Source: an uncultured Acidobacteriota bacterium (GTDB lineage Bacteria; Acidobacteriota; Thermoanaerobaculia; UBA5066; Gp7-AA6). Taken from it: DNA of 64,000 bases. This document shows positions 17,934-28,011 of the stretch, piece after piece. The notes beneath the pieces were generated by a model that saw nothing but the letters and a program-made list of their open reading frames with translations, was not told the DNA's origin and did no database searches. The position numbers were made by a program, and so were the translations under genes. The stretch's first letter is position 1; each line of letters starts with the position of its first letter. The DNA is taken from NCBI GenBank assembly GCA_963724465.1, contig CAVRUT010000003.1, positions 142,854-206,853 of the forward strand, written 5' to 3'.

Positions 17934-18246
17934 CTAAGACTCCGCGGCCAGCCGCCGCAGCGTCTCGAAGCTGTAGATCCCGTCGTTGTGGCCGTCGGCC
18001 CAGTCGATCTGGAGGGCGTACGCCCCGACGCGCCGGTGCGCCGTCGCCTGGAACGAGCGCGGCGTCAGCGGCCGCTCGGGCCCGCGGTAGACGTTGCCCA
18101 TGATGTCCTTCTCGCCCTTGCACATCGCGCACGGGCACTCGCGGCGCAGCTTCTCGAGCGGAAAGTAGCTCTCGCGTCCCGTCGGCCCACACGACCACGA
18201 GCTCGTTGCCGACGAGGAGGATTTCTTTGGGAACGGCGGTGGCCAC
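17934..18246 (-). CDS. DUF971-family protein (one frame break)
   Basis: VATAVPKEILLVGNELVVVWADGTRE / SYFPLEKLRRECPCAMCKGEKD...YALQIDWADGHNDGIYSFETLR. The break is near 18175-18180. Confidence 0.6.
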
Positions 18247-18251
18247 GCGAG

Positions 18252-20864
18252 CTACTTCACGCCCTCGGCGAGAAAGAGGTCCGAGAGGATGCGGTTGTAG
18301 GAGTAGACGTAGGCCTTGCCGTCCGGCGTGATGCGGGGCGGCGAGATCGCGTTGATGCCGGCCGGGTCGGGAGGCGTCAGCTCCTTCCAGAGCTCGCGCT
18401 TCCCCGTCGCCAGGTCGAGCCGCGAGACGCGCGCGGGATACTCGCCGCGCTTGTAGATGTACAGAGACTTTCCGTCCTCGGTCCAGCCGAGCGGAGTCTC
18501 GAGGCCGACCAGCGCCGGGATCGGCGTCGGCTCGCCCCCGTCGATCGGATAAAGGTAATTCCGGCGGTCGGGTCCGACCGCGACGACGAGCTTCCCGTCG
18601 CGCGAGACCGTGCCGTTGACGGCCCGATACCCCTCCGGGGAAATGGCTCGCGGCTTGCCGCCCTCGACGTCCCGCAGGTAGAGCCGGTTGCCGCGGCCCT
18701 TCTCGGATGCCGTCACGAGGATGCGCTTTCCGTCGGGAAGGAAGTCTGCACCGGACGCCATGAGGCCCTCGATGGGAAGCTGCCTCGGCTGCCCGGCGCC
18801 AGTCGGGAGCAGCACGAGCTTGCCGCCCGTGGTGATCCCGACGAACGCGGCGACCCAGCTGCCGTCGGGCGAGATCGAGAAGCCGGTCCCGTCGCCCAGC
18901 CGCACCGGCGGCGAGCCGTCCATGTCCCGCAGGTAGTTGGAGTAGCCGGGGCCTCCACCCTCCCCCGATTCCGAAAACGCGACCTTGCGCCCGTCGGGCG
19001 AGAGGGCAGTACACGCTGGACCAGTCCAGCCACGAAAGGTCGCGCTCCTTCTCGGCGCCGGGCGCCTTCCCCAGAATGCCCGAGCGCAGCGTGTCGTGAC
19101 AGATCAGGACCCGGCCGTCCCGGGCCACGTCCTGGAGCGTCAGGTTCCCGGTCACCCGGACGAGGAGCCTTTGCGCTCCCGCGGGAGTGACCGCCCAGAG
19201 GGCTCGATTGCCGCCGACCTCGGCCGCCGTGAACCAGATCTCGCTCGCGTCCGGCGACCACGCGAGTCCGCCCTCCGTCGCAAACTCCTTCGTCAGCGTC
19301 GTCTTCTTTCCCGAGAGGTCGACGAGGGCGACGGATCCGCCGTCGTCGCCTGCTGGCGGGATGGTCCATGAACGCGATGACGCCGCCCCTCGGGGACACG
19401 CGCACGTCGCTCAGCCACCCGCTCGTGTCGTAGAGGACCTTGCCGATCGGGCACTCGAGGCGTGCGCGGCCGGCCACCTCGCGGACGATGGCAAATCCCG
19501 ATCCGTCCGAAAGCCAGCTCGCGCTCTGGACGTCGTCCTGGATCTCACGCGGCGTCCCACCGCCCGTGATGCCGATGCGCGCCAGCATGCCAATGCGCTC
19601 GAAGGCGCCGGCCGAGCGCTGGTTGAGCCCGACCGCGAGCTCGCCCGGCTGCCGAGATCGCCAGGACGTCGGCGCCCTTCAGGCCGAAAGGCCGCGATTC
19701 CGGGCTGTCGAGCCGGGCGACGAAGATCTCCGACGGGCCGGCCCTCCCAGGCTCGCCGAGTAGAGGATCGTCTGACCGTCCGGCGCGAACCGGGCCGAGT
19801 AGATCTGGCCTCGCTGGAAGGTGAGCTGGCGGAACGACGGCAGCGCGTTCGGCCGCGCCTTCTTGCCGGCAGCGAAGGCGGCGAGGCCGACGGCGATCGC
19901 CAGCGCCGCCGCCACGAGCAGCGACGGCCAGCCGCTTCCGACCCGCGCGCATCGCCGCCGCCGCGGCCTCCGTGTGGTCGGTCGTCGACGACAGGGAGGC
20001 CTCCGAGAGGTGGTCGCGGACGTCCGCGAGGTCGCGCGCAAGGTCCTTGGTCGTTCCGAACCGGTCCTCCGGGTCCTTCGATAGGCAGCGCTCGACGATC
20101 CAGCGCACCGGCGCGGGCACGCGGGCGTTCAGCTGCGACACCGGCTCCGGCTCCTCGCGGATGATCGCCGTCAGCGTCTCCGCCGTCGTCCCGCGCTCGA
20201 ACGCGCGCTTGCCCGTCGCCATCTCGTACAGAATCGAACCGAACGAGAACTGGTCCGACCGAAAGTCGAGCGGCCGTCCCGCCGCCTGCTCCGGCGACAT
20301 GTACCCGACCGTCCCCATCACCATCCCGGGGCGTGTCGGCTCTCCCGCCGCCGTCTGAAGCGCCGAGACCTCCTGGTCCTCCGGCGTCATCAGCTTCGCC
20401 AGCCCGAAGTCCAGGATCTTGGCGTGGCCGTGCTTGGACACCATCACGTTGGCGGGCTTCAGGTCCCGGTGCACGATCCCCGCCGCGTGCGCCGCCGCAA
20501 GGCCCTCGGCGATCTGGGTCGCGAGCTCCAGCAGCTTGCGCGTCGGCACCGAGCCGGACGCCGTCAGGTCCTTCAGCGTCCCGCCCTCGACGAGCTCCAT
20601 CGCGATGTAGACCGTCTCGTTCGCCGCCCCGATGTCGAAGATCGTCAGGATGTTCGGGTGCGACAGCGCCGAGGCCGCCCGCGCCTCGCGCTCGAACCGC
20701 GACCGCCGCTCCGCGTCCGCGGCCAGCTCCGCCGGCAGCACCTTCACCGCCACGTCGCGCTTCAACCGCTCGTCCCGCGCCCGGTACACCTCCCCCATCC
20801 CTCCGGCGCCGATGGGCGCGAGGATCTCGTAGGGGCCGAGCTTCGTTCCGGCGGTCAGTGTCAT
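18252..20864 (-). CDS. receptor Ser/Thr kinase with PD40/TolB-like beta-propeller region, K1 (at least 5 frame breaks)
   Basis: Kinase region: [29 protein letters not shown]...HRDLKPANV...DFGLAK...GTVGYMSPEQ. TM segment in ORF 19679..20041. Propeller pieces in ORFs 18713..19588, 17770..19155 and 18252..18923, ending AYVYSYNRILSDLFLAEGVK. Confidence 0.85.
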
Positions 20865-20876
20865 CGGGCCGCGGGG

Positions 20877-20882
20877 ATTCTA
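20877..20882 (-). promoter_or_regulatory. -10-like TAGAAT 12 nt upstream of the K1 start
   Basis: The minus strand reads GGTTAGAATCCCCGCGGCCCGATG. The same motif lies upstream of K3 (25530-25535) and the K8 remnant (38620-38625). Confidence 0.3.
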
Positions 20883-20890
20883 ACCGGGGA

Positions 20891-22922
20891 TCACTTCGCG
20901 CCGGCCACGAGCTTTTGGAAGCGCGGGTTGCCGCGAAGGGCTTCGAAATTCGGATCGATCGCGAGCCACGCCGGCGTGACGTAGTAGCCGGGAGCCTTCA
21001 CTGCGAGCTCCAGCTGGCGGACGGCCTTCTCGGGCTCGCCGACGAGTGTGTCGACCCGCGCGAGCAGATGCTTGACGTAGCCGTTCTCGGGCCAGAGCTG
21101 CACGGCTCGCTCTCCTTCCCGGATCGCAGCCTCTTTTTCGCCGAGGTAGGCCAGCGCCAGTCCGAGAAAGGCGTGGAGCTGCGCGTCGTCGGGAGCGGAC
21201 CGGAGTTGCTCCTCGCTTGCCTTTCTCGCCTCCTCGGCATGGACGCGAAGGTTCCGCGCGTCGCCCTTCAGAGCATCCGCTTGAGCCATACAAATCCCCC
21301 AGGCGGCACGATTGCCGTCGAACGCGCTCGGAGTCAGGCGAAGGAGAAGCTCTCTCTGCTCGGCGTCGAGCACCCACGCCAGATCGCCGTAGCTCGCCAG
21401 GTAGGCCACGAGGGCCGTCGGCTCGACCACCCTGGCCGCCGTGGCGACCGTGGCCCGGGCTCCGGCGAGGTTCCCCTCCGCGAGGAACGACGTGCTCTTC
21501 AACCCGATCATCCCGAGGTGATCCGGCGCCAGGGCGAGGCCGCGATCGAGCACCTCTCTTGCCTCCGCATCGCGCCGCGCGAATGCGAGCATCCGGCCGA
21601 ACAGATAAAGCACAGCCACCGAGCGGGGGTCGAGGCGCTCGGCCTCGCGAAAGCGCTCCACAGCCGCGTCGGGCTGGGTCTGCGTGCGCGCGATGCCGAC
21701 CAGGGCGGCCACGTTCGTGGGCGCCAGTCGCTGCGCTTTCGTGTACTGCTCCAACGCGTCCGCGTGGCCGATGAACCACTCGTAGTCGCCGCGAGCGAGG
21801 TACCCTTCCGGACGGTCGGGGGCGATCGCCACGGCCCTCTCCGCCGACTGACGGGCACGCTCGGCCAGGTCGGGCGTGGGTGCGGAGAACCTGTAGAGAA
21901 GGCTGGTCGCCCGCGATATCTGGGCCCAGCCGACGGCAAATCCGGGATCGAGCGCCACGGCCTGCTCATAGAAGCCCAGCGCCTTGCGCAAACTGGGCGG
22001 ATCGTTGACGCCCATCCCCCGCGACGCCTCCTCGCCTTTGAGGAACGCGTCGTAGGCGGCGAGGTTGCCAGTCGGCTTTTCGGACAGTCGCTTCTCCTCG
22101 CTCGCCCCGAGGGCTACGCCGAGCGCCTGCGCGACACGCGACGCGATGTCCGATTGCACCTGGAAGACGTCCGTCAGCGCCGCGTCGAACGGTTGCTGCC
22201 ATCGCGAGGTCGGGGCCGGCCCGCCCGACACTTCCACGAGCTCGGGACTGACCTCCACGCGGCTTGCCGTGCCCTTCTGCCAGCGCACGGTCGCCGTCAA
22301 GAGATAGCGCACGCCGAGCTCGTCGGCGATCTGCTTCGGCGTCTTCGTGGTCTTCCTGTACGGCGTCGAGCTCGCCCGCGCGATCACCTCCACGCCCGGC
22401 AGGGTCGTGAGCTTTCCGCGCACCGCGTCGGAGATGCCGTCGGCGAAGTAATCGTCCTCGGCCGAGCCCAGGTTCTCGAATGGCAGAACGGCGACGCGCT
22501 TGTGGCCTCCCCCTTCCACCGCCGCACGGCGCGGCGCCCGCTTCGTGGGCGCGAGCCAGACCCTCGGCGACCTGCGGCGCGATCTGGAGCAGTTCTTGAT
22601 CGGCAGCGGGCCGCTCGCGAGCAGCTCCCGCAGCGTCGTCCCGTCCACCAGCTCCATGGCGATGTACGGACACGCCGCTCTCGCCGCCGATGTCGTGGAT
22701 CGTGACGATGTTGGGATGGTTCAACGCCGAGGCCGACCGCGCCTCCTTCTCGAACCGCCGCAGCCGCTCCTGGTCCGACGCCAGCGACTCCGGCAGCACC
22801 TTGATCGCCACCTCGCGCGCCAGGCGACTGTCACGCGCCCGATACACCTCCCCCATCCCGCCTACGCCCAGCGGCGCGACGATCTCGTAGGGGCCGAGGC
22901 GTGTCCCGACCGCGAGCGTCAC
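20891..22922 (-). pseudogene. chimeric gene K2: kinase N-lobe remnant joined to a TolB-N-like plus TPR module
   Basis: [29 protein letters not shown]...VAIKVL...[13 protein letters not shown]...[19 protein letters not shown], then no HRDLKPxN, DFG or TM. The sequence continues [31 protein letters not shown]...VIARASS...[12 protein letters not shown] followed by ~400 aa of TPR-like repeats. At least 3 frame changes lie between 22640 and 22530. Confidence 0.7.
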
Positions 22923-22952
22923 AAAGCCTCAGAACCTTTCCCCGTCCGGCAC

Positions 22953-25516
22953 CTACTTCGCGCCCTCGACGACGTACAGGTCGTCCGCAATGATGCGGTA
23001 GTACTGGTACGCATAGGACTCGCCGTCCGGTGCCATGACCACGTTCGCCACGCCACGAACGCCGGTCGAGTCCTGGGGCGCGATCTTCTTCCAAGGCTCT
23101 CTTCGGCCCGTCGCGAGCTCCAGCCGGTCGATGACCGTCGGAATCTCTCCGGACCGCCAGATGTACAGGAATCGGCCGTCCGCGCTCCACTGGGAGAGAT
23201 GGTCCTCCAGCATCAAAGGAGCGCCGGGGACCGTCGTCGACTCCCCACCCGAAAGAGCCGCGATTCTGAGCTGCCCTCCCTTCGTCGCATAGACGAAGCG
23301 GTTACCGTCCGGCGACAGGGCCATCGCCCGGTCGGTGTAATCGTCGGCCCGCACCGGGGTGGGTTTACCCCCTTCCGGGCCGACGAGGAGAAGGGGATGG
23401 CTGGCGTTGTCCGGAGCTCGGACCAGGATCCCTTTCCCGTTCGGGAGCAGCCACGCCCACTTCGGCTCGACACCCTCGACCGGGATCTTCTTCAAGGTTC
23501 CCGCGCCTGTCGGGATCATGATCAGTTCGCGAGGCGGTCCATCCAGCAGAGTCAGCACCCATCGGCCGTCGGATGAAAGGCCAAGGGTGTTACCTTCGCC
23601 CAGGCGTACCGGCGGACTTCCATCCGTCTTCTGGAAGTAGATTCCCATGTCCTCCCCTCCTTCGGAGAAGAGGAGGAACTTGCCATCCTCCGAGATGAGC
23701 ATCGGCTGAGGTTGCGGAGGTCGCCCGAGCTCTCGCTCGCGATTCTCGCCCCGAGGCTGGCACGAGATTTCCCCGCGCCACGCACGTTGCTCGATGAGAA
23801 GGCGGCCATCGGTTGCTACGTCGTGAAGGACCAGTCCAAGACCAAAAGGAATCAGGACCCGACTCCGCCCTGACAATGACACCCCGCGAAGCGCCTGCTG
23901 GCGCTCCGAGGGACCCCCGACAAATAGGATTTCGTCTCCTCGCGGCGACCAGGCGAGCCCGTTCATCCACGGCATCTTCAGGATGTCGCTGCGCTTCCCC
24001 TTCCGGTCGTACGACGTGATTGTGCCGCCTTCGTTGCAAGCCACGAGATCTCCGTTCGGCGAGACACGAATGATGTTGAAGTCGTCGTCTTCGGCGAGAA
24101 CGGTTCCGATGGGATACTGGAGCTGGCTCTTGCCCTTCGGCATGGCAACGACTACCGCCAGATCCTCGCCGTTGGGGGCCCAGTCTGCTCCGACAACCTC
24201 TTCGAGGATCTCTCGTGGCGTGCCACCCGCGATGGGAACCCGCGCGAGGAGGCCGAACGGCGCCCACAGGTGGGACTTGAAGACCAGGACCGCGAGCTCG
24301 CCTTTGGAGGACACGCTCATCACGTTCGCTCGCGAAAGGCCGATCGGGCGCGACTCCCCGGAATCCGTGCGGACCGAGAAGATCTCGAAGGGCTTTCCGT
24401 CCCAGGACGCGGAATAGACGACGGTCCTTCCGTCTGGCGCAAAGCGCGCCGTCAGCACGTCGCCGCGGCCGAATGTCAGTTGTCGGAAGGACGGTACGTC
24501 GGTCGTGCTTCGCCGCGCCGCGAGCCATCGATCGACCAGGACGGTCGCCAGAATCAGCGCGACGGCTGCGCCGATGGCGCCGAGGACCGGGAGAGCCAGC
24601 CGGCGTCGGGCGGGGCCTGCGGTGGAGAGGGATCCGCTCCAGGTCGCCTCGGAAAGGTGATCGCGCAGTGACGACAGGTCTCGCGCAAGGTCTTCGGTGG
24701 ACGCGAATCGCTGTCGCGGCTCTTTCGCGAGACAGCGCTCCACGATCCAGCGCAGCGGCGCAGGCGTCTGGGGGTTCGTCGAGGCGATCGGCTCGGGCTC
24801 GTCGTTGAGGATCGCCGCGAGCGTGTCGATCGGCGGTCTTATTCTGGAACGCGCGCTTGCCCGGTCGCCATCTCGTACAGGATCGATCCCAGCGAGAACT
24901 GATCCGATCGAAAGTCCAGCGGCTGTCCGCTCGCCTGCTCCGGAGACATGTAGCCCTACCGTCCCCACCACGACGCCCGGCGTCGTCCCCGTCATCGTCG
25001 GCAACTGCGACGCCTCGTCGCTGCCCGACCCGGTCGACGACAGCTTCGCCAGACCGAAGTCCAGGATCTTGACGAGCCCGTCCTTCTTGACCATCACGTT
25101 CTCGGGCTTCAGGTCCCGATGGACGATGCCGGCCTCGTGGGCTCTGGCCAGGCCCTCCGCGATCTGGGGCGCGATCTGGAGCAGCTTCTTGATCGGCAAG
25201 CGGTCCGCTCGCCAGCAGCTCGCGCAGCGTCGTTCCGTCCACCAGCTCCATGGCGATGTAGGACACGCCGTTCTCGCCGCCGATGTCGTGGATCGTGACG
25301 ATGTTGGGGTGGTTCAGGGCCGAGGCCGACCGCGCCTCCTTCTCGAAACGCTTCAGCCGCTCCTGCGTCCGACGCCAGCGACTCCGGCAGCACCTTGATC
25401 GCCACCTCGCGCGCCAGGCGCGTGTCCCGCGCCCGGTACACCTCCCCCATCCCGCCTGCACCGAGAGGCGACAGGATCTCGTAGGGGCCGAGCCTCGTTC
25501 CGGCAGAGAGAGCCAT
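22953..25516 (-). CDS. receptor Ser/Thr kinase with PD40/TolB-like propeller, K3 (about 4 frame breaks)
   Basis: [29 protein letters not shown] (ATG 25516), [66 protein letters not shown], propeller to [20 protein letters not shown]. Breaks near 25375, 25205, 24950 and 24850. Confidence 0.85.
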
Positions 25517-25580
25517 CGGGTTGCGGGAAATTCTATGCCTGGACCGTGGCATATCCTTGGCGCACTTTCGCGAGGACACG

Positions 25581-27800
25581 ATGAAGCCGATCTGCCGAGG
25601 CGCCCTGCTCCTGCTGCTCGCCGCGAGCCCGCTCTTCGCCCAGAGCCCGAAAGACATCACGGTCGCCTGGGCCTACTCCGACGACGGGCAGGCGGTCGGG
25701 AAGGTGCCGAAGACCTTCTGGACCTCGGGCGACGACGTGATCCTTCTCGACGAGCGCGAAGCCGCGGCGCGAGCGCGGCGCTCGAGCGCGTCAAGGCCTC
25801 GACCGGCGAGCGGCGGCCGGCGGTCGACCGGGTCGCCGCGCGCGCGAGCCTCGACGAAGCTCCTCGGCGGCGCGACGCCTCCGGAGACCTTCCCCTGGCC
25901 CGACTCCTTCGACGCGGCCGGCCGTCAGGCCGTCTACGTCCTCGCCGACGACCTGTCTTCTGCTCGACCTCGCGACTTCGCGCTTCGAGCGCCTCACGCA
26001 GACGCCCGAGAAGGAGTCGGTCGCCCGCCTCTCGCCCGACGGCCGCAGGGTCGCGTTCGTGCGCGGCAACGATCTCTGGGTCTACGACCTCGCGACGAAG
26101 GCCGAGACGCGCCTGACCTCCGACGGGAGCGCCACCGTCCTGAACGGCGCCCTCTCCTGGGTCTACTGGGAGGAGATCTTCGATCACGCCGAGGCGGGCT
26201 ACTGGTGGTCCGACGACTCGCAGGCGATCGCCTTCCTGAGAACCGACGAGGAGGGCGTCGATCTCGTCACCTTTCCCGAAGTTCTCGCCGGCGGTGCCGG
26301 AGATCCTGACGCAGCGCTATCCGAAGGCCGGCAACAAGAATCCGGCCGTCCGCCTCGGCATCGCCGACCTCGCGACCGGAAAGACCTCGTGGATGAGCGA
26401 GGCCGCGGTACGAATACATCCTGGGCGTGCGGTGGCTGCCCGACGGCCGCGCCGTGGCGGTCCAGACGACCGACCGGCCTCAGACGCGTCTCGACCTCTG
26501 GCTCGTCGCCCGGGACGACGGCCGCGACCAGGCACGTCCTGACGGACCTCGACGACGCGTGGGTCAATCAGAAGGAGCTGCAGTTTCTCGACGGCGGGAA
26601 GAAATTTCTCCTGACCTCCGAGCGCGACGGCCACACCCACCTCTACCTCTACGACATCGACGGCAACCTCCTGAACGCCGTGACCCGCGGGCCCTGGTCC
26701 GTCCGCGGCCCGTCCGGGCTTCTACGGCGCACCGCTCGGGCTCGGCCTGGATCGACGAGTCGGGCGGCTGGGTCTACTTCACGTCGCTCGAGAAGTCGCC
26801 CGTCGAACGCCACCTCTACCGGGTCCGTCTGGACGGCACCGGGATGCGCCGCCTGACACACGAGGATGGCACGCACAGGATCACGATGAGCCCGGACCGG
26901 CGTTTCTACCTCGACGAGTACTCGCGCCACGACGCGCCGCCCTCGCTGATTCTTTACGAGGTGGGAGGCGTCGTGCGCGCCACGCTCGCCGCGCCGCGGA
27001 CCGACCTGGTCGCGCCCTTCGGGTTCCAGAAGGCCGAGATCTTCACCGTTCCCGCGCCCGACGGCTTCGCGCTGCCGGCCCGCATCCTCAAGCCGCGCGG
27101 CTTCGACGCGTCGACGAAGTACCCCGCCATCGTCTACATCTACGGCGGCCCGGGCGCGCCGACGGTCAACGACTCCTGGGACTACTCGTTTGCCGGCAAC
27201 GCGCTCTTCGATCAGGTCCTCGCGGCGCGCGGCTACGTCGTCTTCTCGGTCGATCCGCGCAGCGCCACCGGCCAGAGCAAGACGCTCGAGAACACGATCG
27301 TCCGAAAGATGATGACCGACGGCGAGCTGAACGACATCGTTGCCGGCGTCAAATGGCTCAAGGCCCAGCCGTTCGTGGACCCCGCGCGCGTCGGCGTGTG
27401 GGGCTGGAGCGGCGGCGGAACCGACACGCTCCTCGTCATGACGCGCTCGCAGGAGTTCAAGGCCGGCATCGCGGTGGCGCCGGTCACGGACTGGCACTTC
27501 TACGACACCAAGTTCACGGAGACCTACATGAAGACGCCGGCGGACAACCCCGAGGGCTACGCGCACTTCTCCCTCGTCCCGCGCGCGAAGGACCTGCACG
27601 GGCGGCTCATGCTCGTCTTCGGCACGTACGACGACAACGTCCACCCGCAGAACTCGTGGAGCTTCGTCGACGAGCTCGTCAAGGCCGGCAAGCCCTTCGA
27701 CCTGATGGTCTACCCGATGCGCAAGCACACGATCGACGACCGCCCGGCGCGGATTCACCTCTTCGAGAAGATGCTGGAGTTCTGGAAGCTGTACCTGTAG
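25581..27800 (+). CDS. S9-family dipeptidyl-peptidase IV-like serine peptidase (at least 7 frame breaks in the N-terminal half)
   Basis: Signal peptide [27 protein letters not shown]-like pieces ([43 protein letters not shown]) are scattered over three frames between ~25750 and ~26740. A continuous catalytic domain carries GVWGWSGGG. Confidence 0.85.
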
Positions 27801-27849
27801 GGTCGTCGCCTCCGCTTCGCTGTTGATTTCGAGCCGCCCGGGTTCTACG

Positions 27850-28008
27850 CGCACGCGGCGCGAGGAGTCTCCGCGAGAGCAGCGGAGGAGCCTCGCGCCG
27901 CGGGAGCGAGCGCGAAGCGAGGGGTCAGGCGTCCGGTCGAGCCCGCATCCGGGCGAGCCGGACGCCGGTGCGCCCGCAGGGCGCAGATGCCTCGCTGCGC
28001 GCGAGCGA
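27850..28008 (+). repeat. ~160-bp three-hairpin intergenic element, copy 1
   Basis: Aligns with 38377-38536 and 58669-58837. Shared core CGAGGGGTCAGGCGTCCGGTCGAGCCCGCATCCGGGCGAGCCGGACGCCGGTGCGCC. Confidence 0.85.
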
Positions 28009-28011
28009 CGG

